A stretch of DNA of 64,000 nt, taken from positions 64,001 through 128,000 of the forward strand of contig CAWAMW010000002.1 of the NCBI GenBank assembly GCA_963783305.1, written 5' to 3'. The DNA comes from an uncultured Gemmatimonadales bacterium. GTDB lineage: Bacteria; Gemmatimonadota; Gemmatimonadetes; Longimicrobiales; RSA9. The notes under the pieces were generated by a model that was not told the DNA's origin, made no database searches, and was given only the letters and a program-made list of their open reading frames with translations. Shown in pieces: positions 19,686-30,099 of this stretch (positions are counted from its first letter, which is position 1; every line of letters starts with the position of its first letter). Position numbers and translations under genes: made by a program.

Positions 19686-20606
19686 ATGCCGACCACGACC
19701 GTTCGATCCCCGAGATCGCCATCCCCGTCCGCGCGCAGCGACGAGCGGCTGCGTATCGCCCTCCCCAACAAGGGCCGGTTGGCCGATGAGGCGCTGGAGC
19801 TCCTGGCCCGCGCCGGCCTCGAGCCCTCGGCCACCCACCAGCGCTCGCTGCGCGCGGAGCTCGGCGACGACTTCACCGCCCTCTTCGTCCGCGCCCGGGA
19901 CATCCCCGAGTTCGTGGCGGACGGTGCGGCGGACCTGGGGATCACCGGGAGCGACCTGGTGACGGAGTCGGTGCGCTCGCTGGACACGCTGCTGGCGCTC
20001 GGCTTCGGCCGCTGCCGGCTGGCGGTGGCGGTGCGCGACGAGACGGAGCTGGCGGACGCGGCCGGGCTTCCCGACGGAACCCGCGTCGCCACATCGTTCC
20101 CGCGCACCGCGGAGCGGTTCTTCGCGGAGCGGGGCCGCAGCGTGGAGCTCGTGCCGGTGAGCGGCGCCGCGGAGATCGCGCCGCACATCGGGGTGGCGGA
20201 CGTGATCGTGGACCTGGTGAGCACCGGGTCGACACTGAAGATGAACGGGCTGCGCGAGTTGGAGACCATCGCGGAGGCGGAGGCGGTGCTGGTGAGCCGA
20301 ACGGGCTTCACGCAGGGCGAGTGGGGCCCGCGGACTCTGGAGCTGGTGGCGGCGCTCGAGTCCGTGCTGCGGGCCCGGGGCAAGCGGTACCTCATGGCCA
20401 ACGTGCCGCGTGCGGCCCTCGATCGGGTGAAGGAGGTGCTGCCCGGCCTGAACGGTCCCACCATCGTCGATGTCATGAACGCCGGCGAGCACGTGGCCGC
20501 GCACGCGGTGGTGGACCGCGCGGAAGTCTACCGTACCATCGCTGCGCTGAAGGCGCTCGGCGCCGAGGGGATCCTGGTCACCAAGATCGAGAGGCTGATG
20601 CCATGA
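19686..20606 (+). CDS. hisG: ATP phosphoribosyltransferase (long form)
   Basis: RIALPNKGRL, ADLGITG.D, IVDLVSTGSTL, C-terminal regulatory domain. Confidence 0.95.
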   Translation: MPTTTVRSPRSPSPSARSDERLRIALPNKGRLADEALELLARAGLEPSATHQRSLRAELGDDFTALFVRARDIPEFVADGAADLGITGSDLVTESVRSLDTLLALGFGRCRLAVAVRDETELADAAGLPDGTRVATSFPRTAERFFAERGRSVELVPVSGAAEIAPHIGVADVIVDLVSTGSTLKMNGLRELETIAEAEAVLVSRTGFTQGEWGPRTLELVAALESVLRARGKRYLMANVPRAALDRVKEVLPGLNGPTIVDVMNAGEHVAAHAVVDRAEVYRTIAALKALGAEGILVTKIERLMP

Positions 20607-23017
20607 TCCCCATCCAGCGACTCACGTCCCTCGACGACGTCGCCCTCGACCGCCTCCTGGTCCGCGGCCGCACCGGCGACCCGAACGTGACGGCCACCGT
20701 GGCCGGTCTCCTCGCCGAGATCCGCCGGGACGGCGACCGTGCCCTTCGCACGCAGACCGCCCGTTTCGACGAGGTGGAACTGGACGCGCTCGAGGTGCCG
20801 CGTGATGCGTGGATCCGCGCCCTCGACGCGCTCGACCCGGCGCTACGCTCGGCGCTGGAATCCTCGGCGCTGGCCATCCGTCGATTCCACGCCGCACAGG
20901 CGCCCGCGCCACTGGAGCTGGAGGTGGCGCCGGGACTCGTGCTCGGCCGGCGACCCGACCCACTCCGCACCGTCGGCGTGTACGCACCCGGCGGGCGGGC
21001 GGCCTACCCCAGCAGCGTGCTCATGGGCGTGGTCCCGGCCCGGGTGGCGGGTGTCGACCAGGTGGTCGTCTGCTCACCGCCCGCGACCAACGGGCTTCCC
21101 TCTCCGCTCGTCATGGCCGCGTGCGCCGTGGCCGGCGCGGATCGCCTCTTCGCCCTCGGCGGCACCGCAGCCATCGGCGCCCTCGCCTTCGGCACTGAGA
21201 CGGTGCCAGCCGTCGACCGCATCGTCGGGCCCGGGAACGCCTACGTGATGGAGGCGAAGCTCCAGGTGAGCACCGTCACCGGCATCGACTCGCCCGCGGG
21301 ACCCTCCGAGCTCCTCGTGATCGCGGATGAGAGCGCGGATGGGGAGACGGTGGCCACCGAGTTGATCGCTCAGGCCGAGCACGACCCGGACGCCGCGGTG
21401 GTACTGGTCGCCACCAGCCTCTCGGTGGCCGAGGACACCGCGCGGGCGCTGGAGCATCTGGTTCCGGCCACCCCGCGCCGGGAGATCGTGGAGGCCTCGC
21501 TGGCCACCGCCGGCGCCCTTCTCGTCGCCGACTCCATGACCCTGGCCACCGAGTTCGCCGAGCGCTACGCCCCGGAACACCTGCTGGTGCTGACCGACGC
21601 GCCACGAGAGACGCTCGCGGCCGTACGGTGCGCCGGCACCGTATTCCTGGGGCCGCGCAGCTCCGTGGCGTTCGGCGACTACGCCACGGGCGCCAACCAC
21701 GTCCTGCCCACGGGCGGGCTCGCGCGCTCGTACAGCGGCCTGTCTGTCGATGACTTCGTCCGCTGGACCACGTGGCAGGAGGTGGGTCCTGGCGCCGCCG
21801 CGCGGCTCGCCGACGTGGCGGGGCGACTCGCCGACGCCGAGGGGCTCCCGGCGCACGCCGCCGCCGCCCGCCGCGCCGGGACCTACGATGGCAGCGTCGA
21901 GACCACTCGCCCGGAGCTGGAGCCACGGCCGGCGTATCGTACCATGCGGCGCTACGACCCCGCCCGACCGGAGCTGGATCTGGACCTCAGCGCCAACACG
22001 AACCTCTGGGGCGCGTGCCCGGCGGCGTTGGACGCGCTGAGCGCGCCGCGGCCGCTCACCAGCTATCCGGCCGTGTACGCGGATCCGCTCAAGTCGGCCA
22101 TCGCCCGCGCCTGGACCGTGGACATCGATCAGGTCGTCACCGGCTGCGGCTCCGATGACCTCATCGATTCGGCGATCCGCGCGTTCTGCGGGCCGTCCGC
22201 CACCGTCGCCTTCCCCGCGCCCACCTTCCCGATGGCGGACGCGTTCACGCGGATGAACGATGCGACGCCGCGCCCTGTGGCGCTCGGGCCGGATGGCGAT
22301 CTGGACCAAACCGCCATGGCCTCACTGGCCGCCGCGGATCTCGTCTACCTGTGCCGGCCCAACAACCCAACGGGCGCACTGATCCCCCGTGACCGGGTGA
22401 GGGATCTCCTGGAACGGGCGCGCGGCCTCGTGCTCATCGACGAGGCCTACGGCGAATACGCCGGCGAGTCGCTGCTGGACCTGGCGCTCGGGTCCGGCCG
22501 CGCCGTGGTGCTGCGCACGTTCTCCAAGGCCTACGGGCTGGCGTCGCTCCGGGTCGGCTACGCGCTCGGGCCCCAGCCGCTGATCTCCGCCATCGAGCTG
22601 TCCCGCGGGCCGTACAAGGTGAACGGCCCCGCGGAGCAGGCTGCTGCCGCAGCCATGACTGGTGGCGCGGCATGGGTCCGCGAGATCGTGACCGAGACCC
22701 GAACGAATCGCGAGCGGCTCGCTGGCGAGCTTCGGAGCCGCGGCCTGCGAGTCCACGAGAGCGCCGCCAACTTCGTCCTCTCCGATGTGGCACCCGGGAT
22801 GAGCCCGACCATCAAGGCCGGACTGGCGGAGCGCGGCGTCGGTGTGCGCGCGTTCGAGGATCCGGCCGGCGACTCCCTCCGCATCACCATCGCACCGTGG
22901 CCGCTGATGGAGCGATTCCTGGACGCGCTCGACGAGGTGCTCGCGAGCGCCGTGGGCCCGGCGGCTTCCACCGGATCGGCACGCGCACTGACCGCCGACC
23001 TGGAGGCGCTGCCATGA
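20603..23017 (+). CDS. hisD: fused histidinol dehydrogenase / histidinol-phosphate aminotransferase (HisD-HisC)
   Basis: HisD motifs (GVYAPGG, PAGPSE, QAEHD, APEHL, GDYATGANHVLPT) continue in frame into HisC motifs (LSANTN, PNNPTG, DEAY, RTFSKAYGLASLRVGY). Confidence 0.9.
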   Translation: MIPIQRLTSLDDVALDRLLVRGRTGDPNVTATVAGLLAEIRRDGDRALRTQTARFDEVELDALEVPRDAWIRALDALDPALRSALESSALAIRRFHAAQAPAPLELEVAPGLVLGRRPDPLRTVGVYAPGGRAAYPSSVLMGVVPARVAGVDQVVVCSPPATNGLPSPLVMAACAVAGADRLFALGGTAAIGALAFGTETVPAVDRIVGPGNAYVMEAKLQVSTVTGIDSPAGPSELLVIADESADGETVATELIAQAEHDPDAAVVLVATSLSVAEDTARALEHLVPATPRREIVEASLATAGALLVADSMTLATEFAERYAPEHLLVLTDAPRETLAAVRCAGTVFLGPRSSVAFGDYATGANHVLPTGGLARSYSGLSVDDFVRWTTWQEVGPGAAARLADVAGRLADAEGLPAHAAAARRAGTYDGSVETTRPELEPRPAYRTMRRYDPARPELDLDLSANTNLWGACPAALDALSAPRPLTSYPAVYADPLKSAIARAWTVDIDQVVTGCGSDDLIDSAIRAFCGPSATVAFPAPTFPMADAFTRMNDATPRPVALGPDGDLDQTAMASLAAADLVYLCRPNNPTGALIPRDRVRDLLERARGLVLIDEAYGEYAGESLLDLALGSGRAVVLRTFSKAYGLASLRVGYALGPQPLISAIELSRGPYKVNGPAEQAAAAAMTGGAAWVREIVTETRTNRERLAGELRSRGLRVHESAANFVLSDVAPGMSPTIKAGLAERGVGVRAFEDPAGDSLRITIAPWPLMERFLDALDEVLASAVGPAASTGSARALTADLEALP

Positions 23018-23610
23018 ACCTCGTCCTTTTCGACTACGGCACCGGCAACCTGCACAGTCTGCGGAAGGCGCTGGAGCGGCAGGGCGCGTCGGTGACGGTC
23101 GCCGCCGGGCTGGAGGGTGCGGACGCGCTCGTGCTGCCCGGTGTGGGCGCGTTCGGCGCCGCGGCCCGGCGGCTCGCGCCCCATCGGGACCGGATCCGCG
23201 CCGCCGCGGCCGACGGCCTCCCGGTGCTCGGCATCTGCCTCGGCATGCAGCTCCTCATGGACGGGAGCGAGGAGGGCGCGGGCGCCGGTCTGGGCCTCGT
23301 GCCCGGGACCGTCCGTCGGCTCCGTACGCGGCGCGTTCCGCACATGGGCTGGAACGACGTCGCCGGGGACGACCCGCTGCTCCGTCCGGTTTCCGGCGAG
23401 CGCTTCTACTTCGCCAACAGCTTCATCGCCGAGCCGGCCGACCCCGCCGACGCCATCGGCTGGACCACGCACGATCAGGAGCGGTTCCCGTCGGCGCTGC
23501 GCCACGGAGCGGTGGTAGGCTTCCAGTTCCACCCGGAAAAGAGCGGTCGGGCTGGACTCCGGCTCCTCGGAGCGTGGGTGGACTCGCTGCGCTCGCCGGA
23601 GGGGTCGTGA
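23014..23610 (+). CDS. hisH: imidazole glycerol phosphate synthase subunit HisH
   Basis: DYGTGNL, LPGVGAF, GICLGMQ, QFHPEKS. Confidence 0.95.
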   Translation: MNLVLFDYGTGNLHSLRKALERQGASVTVAAGLEGADALVLPGVGAFGAAARRLAPHRDRIRAAAADGLPVLGICLGMQLLMDGSEEGAGAGLGLVPGTVRRLRTRRVPHMGWNDVAGDDPLLRPVSGERFYFANSFIAEPADPADAIGWTTHDQERFPSALRHGAVVGFQFHPEKSGRAGLRLLGAWVDSLRSPEGS

Positions 23611-24344
23611 AGATCTTCGCGGCCATCGACCTGCGCGGCGGAGCGGCGGTCCAACTCGTGGGCGGCGACCCCGGCAACGAGCCAATCCGGCTCCCGGACC
23701 CCGCCGTCGTCGCGCGCCGCTGGCTCGATAGCGGGTTCCGCCACCTCCACGTGGTGGACCTGGACGCCGCCCTCGACGCCGGAGACAATCGCGAGGCCAT
23801 TGCCGCCATCGCCGAGGTCGCCGCCATCGGCGCTGCGTCCGGCACAGCCACGCTCCAGGTCGGCGGCGGCGTCCGTGATACCGACGCCATCGAGCGCCTC
23901 CTCGACCTCGGAGCCGACCGCGTCGTGGCGGGAACCCGGGCGGTGGAGGACCGGGCGTGGCTGAAATCGGCCGCGGCCCGATTCCCCGGCCGGATCGTCG
24001 TCGCCGCCGACGTACGCGATGGCAGGATCGTGACCCGCGGCTGGACCGAGACCACGAATCGCGATGCGGCCGCGTTCATCAGCGCCCTGGACACGCTGCC
24101 CCTCGCCGGCGTGCTGGTGACCGACGTCGGTCGCGAAGGCCAGCAGGCCGGGATCGACATCGACCGGTTCCGGAGCCTCACCGCCGCCACCCGTCACCCG
24201 CTCATCGCCGCGGGCGGTATCACCGACCCCGTCGACCTCGGCGCACTGGCCGGTGCGGGCGTCGCCGGCGCCGTGCTCGGCATGGCACTCTACTCCGGCC
24301 GGCTCGATCCGGCCGCCGCACTGAACTTCGAGGAGACCCGATGA
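23607..24344 (+). CDS. hisA: phosphoribosylformimino-AICAR-P isomerase
   Basis: AIDLRGGAAVQL, LHVVDLD, QVGGGVR; position in operon. Confidence 0.93.
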   Translation: MKIFAAIDLRGGAAVQLVGGDPGNEPIRLPDPAVVARRWLDSGFRHLHVVDLDAALDAGDNREAIAAIAEVAAIGAASGTATLQVGGGVRDTDAIERLLDLGADRVVAGTRAVEDRAWLKSAAARFPGRIVVAADVRDGRIVTRGWTETTNRDAAAFISALDTLPLAGVLVTDVGREGQQAGIDIDRFRSLTAATRHPLIAAGGITDPVDLGALAGAGVAGAVLGMALYSGRLDPAAALNFEETR

Positions 24345-24910
24345 GCACGCTCACACGAGAGACGAAGGAGACCCGCGTCCGGGTGACGCTGGATCCCGCG
24401 ACCGACCCAGCGACGGCTGGCGGACCCGGCATCAACGCCGGGGACGAGTTTCTGAGCCACATGCTCACCGCGTTCGGCCGGTACTCCGGTCTCGGTCTGG
24501 CCGTGGAGGCCACCGGTGACCTGAAACACCACCTGGTCGAGGACGTGGCCATCACCCTCGGCGCGGTCCTCGAGCGCGACACGCCCGGCACCTGCGTCCG
24601 CTACGGTGAGGCGACCATACCCATGGACGACGCGCTGGTGCAGGTCGCGCTGGACGCCGGCGGGCGGCCCCACTACGAGGGCGACCTGCCCAGCGACCTG
24701 TACGACCACTTCTTCCGGTCGCTCGCGCTCAACGCCCGCTGGACCGTTCACGTCCGGGTGATCCGCGGCCGCGACCGCCACCACATCGTGGAGGCCGCGT
24801 TCAAGGCGCTGGGACTCGCCGCCCGGGAGGCGCTGACGGTGACCGGCGCCGTATTCAGCACCAAGGGCTCGGTGGCGCTGCAGTGGGAGGAGGTCCCGGA
24901 TGCTGGCTAG
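24341..24910 (+). CDS. hisB: imidazoleglycerol-phosphate dehydratase
   Basis: [28 protein letters not shown]. Confidence 0.95.
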   Translation: MSTLTRETKETRVRVTLDPATDPATAGGPGINAGDEFLSHMLTAFGRYSGLGLAVEATGDLKHHLVEDVAITLGAVLERDTPGTCVRYGEATIPMDDALVQVALDAGGRPHYEGDLPSDLYDHFFRSLALNARWTVHVRVIRGRDRHHIVEAAFKALGLAAREALTVTGAVFSTKGSVALQWEEVPDAG

Positions 24911-25712
24911 ACGGGTCGTCGTATGCCTCGATGTCGATGCCGGCCGCGTAGTGAAGGGCGTGCGCTTCAACGACCTCCGGGACGTGGGCGACCCCGCCGA
25001 GCTCGCCGCGCGCTACGAAGCGGAGGGCGCCGATGAGATCGTGTTCCTCGACATCACCGCCTCGGTGGAGAAGCGGTCCACGACGCTAGAGACCGTGCGA
25101 CGCACCGCCGAGCGCCTGTTCATCCCGCTGACCGTGGGCGGCGGGATCCAATCCATCGAGGACGTGCAGGAAGTGCTTCGCGCCGGCGCCGACAAGGTGG
25201 CCCTCAATACCGCCGCCGTGGAGCGCCCCGAGCTGATCTCCGCCGCCGCCGACCGCTTCGGCGCGCAGTGCGTCGTGGTGAGCATCGACGCCGCGCCCGT
25301 GGATGCCACCACCGACGAGCCGGGCACCGGCTCGTTCCCGTCCGGCTACCGCGTCTTCACCCACGGCGCACGCACGCCCACGGAGCTCGACGCCGTCGAG
25401 TGGGCCATCCGCTGCGCCCGGCTCGGCGCCGGCGAGATCCTCCTCACCGCCATCGACCGCGACGGCGTCCGCCGCGGCTACGACCTCGAACTGACCCGCG
25501 GGATCGCCGAGGCCGTCCCTGTCCCCGTCATCGCCAGCGGAGGCGCCGGCACCCCCGCGCACTTCCCGCCCGCCTTCAACCAGGCCGGCGCCGAAGCTGC
25601 CCTGGCCGCCGGCATCTTCCACGACCGCCTCGTCTCCGTCGCCGAGGTCAAGGAAGCCCTCCGCACCGCCGGCATAGAGGTCCGCAATCCACCGGAGGAG
25701 CGTAATCCGTGA
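24900..25712 (+). CDS. hisF: imidazole glycerol phosphate synthase subunit HisF
   Basis: [32 protein letters not shown]. Confidence 0.96.
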   Translation: MLARRVVVCLDVDAGRVVKGVRFNDLRDVGDPAELAARYEAEGADEIVFLDITASVEKRSTTLETVRRTAERLFIPLTVGGGIQSIEDVQEVLRAGADKVALNTAAVERPELISAAADRFGAQCVVVSIDAAPVDATTDEPGTGSFPSGYRVFTHGARTPTELDAVEWAIRCARLGAGEILLTAIDRDGVRRGYDLELTRGIAEAVPVPVIASGGAGTPAHFPPAFNQAGAEAALAAGIFHDRLVSVAEVKEALRTAGIEVRNPPEERNP

Positions 25713-25816
25713 TCTGTAATCCGTAATCTGTAACCTGTGATCTGTAACCTGTAATCTGTAACCTGTAATCTGTAACCTGTGATCTGTAACCCGTATTCTG
25801 TAATCCCTGATCCCTG
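25702..25816. repeat. heptamer tandem array (consensus TAATCTG, about 16 units)
   Basis: taatccg tgatctg taatccg taatctg taacctg ... read directly. Confidence 0.9.
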
Positions 25817-25827
25817 CACCCATACCC

Positions 25828-26625
25828 ATGCCGAATCCATCAACCTCCGATCCTGACACCTCCACGCCCTGGCGCCACGAACTCGACGTGGCCATGGACG
25901 CCGTCTGGGCGGCGGGCCGCGTGACCCTCCGCTGGTTCCAGGCGGGCGTGGAGGCCCAACGGAAGTCCGACCGCTCACCCGTGACCATCGCCGACCGCGA
26001 GGCCGAGCGCGTCATGCGCGAGCTGCTGCGGGAGCGGTTCCCCGGCGATGGCATCCTGGGGGAGGAGCACGGCGAGGACGCCGGCACTTCCGGCCGCCGC
26101 TGGATCCTGGACCCCATCGATGGCACCCGCTCGTTCGTTCACGGCGTCCCCCTGTACGGCGTGATGGCCGCCCTCGAGTCCGACGGCGAGCCCGTCCTCG
26201 GCGTCCTCCACTTCCCCGCGCTCGGCGAGACCGTGGCCGCCGCCCGCGGCCTCGGCTGCCGCTGGAACGGCCGCCCCTGCCGGGTCTCCGAGACCACGGA
26301 CCTGGAGGATGCCCTCGTGGTCACCTCCGGCGATGCCCGGCCCGACGACCCGCGCTCCACCGGCCTCTCCCGTCTCGCCCAGCGCGCCGACACCTTCCGC
26401 ACCTGGGGCGACTGCTACGGGTACGCCCTCGTCGCCACCGGCCGCGCCGACGCCATGCTCGACCCCGTCCTCGCCGTCTGGGACGCCGCCGCCGTCCGCC
26501 CTGTCATCGAGGAGGCGGGCGGCGTGTTCACCGACTGGGACGGCACGGAGTCGCACCGCTCCGGCCACGCCATCGGAACCAACGCCCGGATCGCCCAGGC
26601 GGTCCGCGAGGAGGTACGGAAATGA
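25828..26625 (+). CDS. hisN: histidinol-phosphatase, inositol monophosphatase family
   Basis: SPVTIADREAE, GEEHG, WILDPIDGT, WDAAA; inside his operon. Confidence 0.88.
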   Translation: MPNPSTSDPDTSTPWRHELDVAMDAVWAAGRVTLRWFQAGVEAQRKSDRSPVTIADREAERVMRELLRERFPGDGILGEEHGEDAGTSGRRWILDPIDGTRSFVHGVPLYGVMAALESDGEPVLGVLHFPALGETVAAARGLGCRWNGRPCRVSETTDLEDALVVTSGDARPDDPRSTGLSRLAQRADTFRTWGDCYGYALVATGRADAMLDPVLAVWDAAAVRPVIEEAGGVFTDWDGTESHRSGHAIGTNARIAQAVREEVRK

Positions 26626-27221
26626 CCCTCGACTTCACCGCCGGAGCCCTGGATTTCGCCAAGGGCGGCGGCAGCGTGCCCATCATCGCGCAGCACTATC
26701 TGACGGGCGAGGTCCTCATGCTCGGATACGCCACGCCGGAGGCGCTGGACACCACCGTGCGAACCGGGCAGTTGACCTTTCACTCCCGCTCCCGTAACGC
26801 GCTCTGGACCAAGGGGGAGACGAGCGGAAACACCCTGCGGGTCGTATCGCTCCACGCCGACTGCGATGCCGACACCGTCCTCGCCCGCGTCCACCCGGCC
26901 GGCCCCACCTGCCACACCGGGCAGTGGAGCTGCTTCGGCGACGGAGCCCCGACGCTGCCGGCGCTGGCCGCGACGCTGGAGTCTCGCCGCGGCGCCGACC
27001 CCGGTACCAGCTACACCGCGCGCCTCCTCTCCGACCGGAACCTCCGCCTGAAGAAGCTGGGGGAGGAGGCCGCCGAGCTTGCGGTGGCGTGCGCGGACGA
27101 GGACATCGAGCGCGTCCGGGATGAAGCGGCCGACGTCGTCTATCACACGCTGGTTGCAGCGCTCGCCGCGGGGGTAAGCGTCGATCAGGTGCTGGAGGCG
27201 CTCGACGAACGGCGAAGCTGA
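26622..27221 (+). CDS. hisIE: bifunctional phosphoribosyl-AMP cyclohydrolase / phosphoribosyl-ATP diphosphatase
   Basis: LWTKGETSGN, DCDAD, CHTG..SCF, KKLGEEAAE. Confidence 0.95.
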   Translation: MTLDFTAGALDFAKGGGSVPIIAQHYLTGEVLMLGYATPEALDTTVRTGQLTFHSRSRNALWTKGETSGNTLRVVSLHADCDADTVLARVHPAGPTCHTGQWSCFGDGAPTLPALAATLESRRGADPGTSYTARLLSDRNLRLKKLGEEAAELAVACADEDIERVRDEAADVVYHTLVAALAAGVSVDQVLEALDERRS

Positions 27222-27260
27222 GACCGCCCGGCCGGCGAAGTCCACCGACCCGATCGGGTC

Positions 27261-27533
27261 CTACTCCACGCGGGGCGGGCGCGGGTGCACGATGATGCGA
27301 TAGAGGATCAACAGGACCACGGAGCCGAGCACCGCGATCGCCAGTGACTTGAGGTCGAAGCCGGTGACCTCGCCCCACTGGAACACGGTTGTCCCGAGAA
27401 AGCCGCCCAGCAGCGCGCCCACCACACCGATCGCGATGGTCACGAGGCACCCCCCGGGGTCCTTGCCGGGCATGATGAGCTTCGCGATTCCGCCGGCGAT
27501 CAGGCCCAGCACGACCCATGTCAGGATGTTCAT
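27261..27533 (-). CDS. GlsB/YeaQ/YmgE family stress response membrane protein
   Basis: MNILTWVVLGLIAGGIAKLIMPGKDPGG. Confidence 0.9.
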   Translation of the reverse strand: MNILTWVVLGLIAGGIAKLIMPGKDPGGCLVTIAIGVVGALLGGFLGTTVFQWGEVTGFDLKSLAIAVLGSVVLLILYRIIVHPRPPRVE

Positions 27534-27726
27534 TGGTGACTTCCCTCCCCGCAGTTCTCCGCTCCAACACGTACAGCGTCGCGCCCACAGCGGCAACCCG
27601 CGGGTCAGCGGCACCGGAGGTGCTGGCAGGGGTAGCACGCCGCTCGGCACCTGCACTACACTACGCTACGCGAGCCGACCGACCGTGCAAGCCGTGAGCC
27701 CGCGCATGGCCCGAACGAAGCGCTGA

Positions 27727-29532
27727 ATGCCCGCAACCGAGATCAAGCCGGCCCACGAGGAGGAAGCCCTCGGGAAGGCCTACGACGCCCAGCTGATGCG
27801 ACGGCTCCTGGACTACCTGAAGCCGTACCGTTGGAAGGTGGTCCTCGGCGTCGCCATCCTGCTGGTGGTGGCGGGCCTCGAGCTGCTCGGTCCCTACCTG
27901 ACCAAGGTCGCTCTCGACAGCGCCATCCCTGAAGGCGACCTCGCGCAGCTCGGGCTCCTGGCCGGCGCGTTCTTCGCCGCCCTCCTCCTCACCTTCTTCC
28001 TGGAGTACGCCCAGCAGATCCTCACGACATGGCTCGGACAGCGGATCATGTTCGACCTGCGCCGTCAGGTGTTCGGTCACCTGCAGCACCAGAGCCTGCG
28101 CTATTTCGACCGCAACCCCGTCGGCCGCCTGATGACCCGCGTCACCAATGACGTGGAGGTCCTGAACCAGCTTTTCAGCTCCGGTATCGTCACGGTGTTC
28201 GGCGACGTGTTCACGCTCATCTTCATCGTCGGCGTGATGCTCTGGATGGACTGGCGCCTCGCACTCGTGGCCTTCGCCGTCATGCCGTTCGTGATCCTCG
28301 TCGCATTCGTGTTCCGCGCCAAGGTCCGCCAGGCCTACCGCGACATCCGCGTCCGCCTGGCCCGCATCAACGCCTACCTCCAGGAGCGCATTACCGGCGT
28401 GGCCGTGGTCCAGCTCTTCGGCCGGGAGGACAGGACCACGGCGAAGTTCAGCGAGATCAACCGCGACCACCTCGAGGCGCACCTCCGCTCCATCACCTAC
28501 TACGCCCTCTTCTTTCCCGTCATCGAGGTGCTCACCACCATCGCCCTCGCCGCCATCCTGGTGTACGGCGGCGGGCGGCTCATGGATGGCACCGTGTCCG
28601 TGGGCGTGGTCACCGCATTCCTCATGTATGCCCGGCGTTTCTTCCGACCCATCCAGGACCTGTCGGAGAAGTACAATATGCTCCAGGGCGCCATGGCCAG
28701 CAGCGAGCGAATCTTCAAGCTGCTGGACAGCGAGCCCAGCGTCCGGGACCCCGACGTCCCCGACCACCTCCCGGAGCCCGGCCGGGGCGAGATCGAGTTC
28801 CGCAACGTCTGGTTCGCCTACACCCGCGACCAGGAGGACGACGACTGGGACTGGGTCCTCAAGGACGTCAGCTTCGTCGCCCGCCCCGGTGAGCGCCTCG
28901 CCGTCGTGGGACACACCGGCGCCGGAAAGACGACGCTCATCAACCTCCTCATGCGCTTCTACGAGCCCCAGAAAGGGGAGATCCTCTTCGACGGCGTGCC
29001 CATCCAGCGCGTCACCCAGCGGGAGCTCCGCGAGCGCATCGGCCTCGTCCTTCAGGATGTCTTCCTGTTCAGCCGGAGCGTCGAGTACAACATCCGCCTC
29101 GGTCGCGATGATATTGACGACGCCCGCATCCGGCAGGCCGCCGCCCGGGTCGGCGCCGACCGCCACATCGAACGGCTCCCACGCGGCTACGAGGAGCCCC
29201 TCGGTGAGCGCGGCACCAACCTCTCCGTCGGCCAGCGCCAGCTCCTGTCCTTCGCCCGCGCCCTCGCCTTCGATCCGCTCGTCCTCGTCCTCGACGAGGC
29301 CACCAGCTCCGTCGATTCCGAGCTCGAGCACCAGATCCAGGAGGCCCTCGAGCGACTCCTCGAAGGCCGCACCTCCCTCGTCATCGCACACCGCCTCTCC
29401 ACCGTACAGAGCGCCGACCGCATCCTCGTCTTCCACCACGGCGAGCTCCGCGAAGCCGGCACCCACGCCGAGCTCCTGGACACGGGCGGGCTGTATGCGA
29501 GGTTGTATGAGTTGCAGTTTGTGGCGGTTTAG
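27727..29532 (+). CDS. ABC exporter, fused permease and ATP-binding domains
   Basis: 6 TM domain, GHTGAGKT, LSVGQRQ, LDEATS, IAHRLST. Confidence 0.96.
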   Translation: MPATEIKPAHEEEALGKAYDAQLMRRLLDYLKPYRWKVVLGVAILLVVAGLELLGPYLTKVALDSAIPEGDLAQLGLLAGAFFAALLLTFFLEYAQQILTTWLGQRIMFDLRRQVFGHLQHQSLRYFDRNPVGRLMTRVTNDVEVLNQLFSSGIVTVFGDVFTLIFIVGVMLWMDWRLALVAFAVMPFVILVAFVFRAKVRQAYRDIRVRLARINAYLQERITGVAVVQLFGREDRTTAKFSEINRDHLEAHLRSITYYALFFPVIEVLTTIALAAILVYGGGRLMDGTVSVGVVTAFLMYARRFFRPIQDLSEKYNMLQGAMASSERIFKLLDSEPSVRDPDVPDHLPEPGRGEIEFRNVWFAYTRDQEDDDWDWVLKDVSFVARPGERLAVVGHTGAGKTTLINLLMRFYEPQKGEILFDGVPIQRVTQRELRERIGLVLQDVFLFSRSVEYNIRLGRDDIDDARIRQAAARVGADRHIERLPRGYEEPLGERGTNLSVGQRQLLSFARALAFDPLVLVLDEATSSVDSELEHQIQEALERLLEGRTSLVIAHRLSTVQSADRILVFHHGELREAGTHAELLDTGGLYARLYELQFVAV

Positions 29533-29536
29533 CGGC

Positions 29537-29666
29537 GTGGCTCGCTGCGCTCGCAGGGTGGCTCGCTGCGCTCGCAGGGTGGCTCGCTGACGCTCGCAGG
29601 GTGGCTCGCTGACGCTCGCAGGGTGGCTCGCTGACGCTCGCAGTATGGCTCGCTGACGCTCGCAGG
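29537..29666 (+). repeat. tandem array, 6 units of 21-22 bp (R)TGGCTCGCTG(A)CGCTCGCAG(K)
   Basis: Read directly; no unique spacers. Confidence 0.95.
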
Positions 29667-29669
29667 GGG

Positions 29670-30023
29670 TCAGGGGGGACGGGATCTGGCCCAGGTGATC
29701 AGGCGGTTCAGGTCGAGTTTGATATCCTTGAGCCGCCGGAGCCCCTCATCGATCAGGGGAGGCGGAAGGGCCCGGGCCGCGGCGAGGCCGCCCAGGCAGC
29801 GCTCACACTCACCGCAGGAGCGGTAGGCGTACCGGAAGAACCGCTTCTTGTCTCCCGTGCTGCTCTCGTCCAGCCCCTCCCCAACGTTCGCAAGCGCAGA
29901 GACCGCCGCCCGCCTCAACTGATCATTCACCTCCGACCAGTGCCCCCCCAGAGCCCGCTCCACCCGATCACAGAACCCCAGCAGCTCCCCCGCCAGCCGC
30001 GCCACCCGGTATCTCTCCCCCAT
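29670..30023 (-). CDS. four helix bundle protein (23S rRNA IVP / Avd-like family)
   Basis: MGERYRVARLA...DQLRRAAVSALANVGEG....DKKRFFRYAYRSCGEC matches the QLRRAxxSxxxNIAEG...F..A.GS..E pattern; GGAGG RBS. Confidence 0.85.
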   Translation of the reverse strand: MGERYRVARLAGELLGFCDRVERALGGHWSEVNDQLRRAAVSALANVGEGLDESSTGDKKRFFRYAYRSCGECERCLGGLAAARALPPPLIDEGLRRLKDIKLDLNRLITWARSRPP

Positions 30024-30099
30024 CGCCCCCTCCTTTCCATGCCTCCACAACCTCCCTCTCCCCCCAGGGCACCTCCATAGCCCAACGCGCCATCTCTCC

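Noticed and set aside
29670..30023. Diversity-generating retroelement (Avd-like gene)
   Set aside because: No reverse transcriptase and no TR/VR pair in the window.
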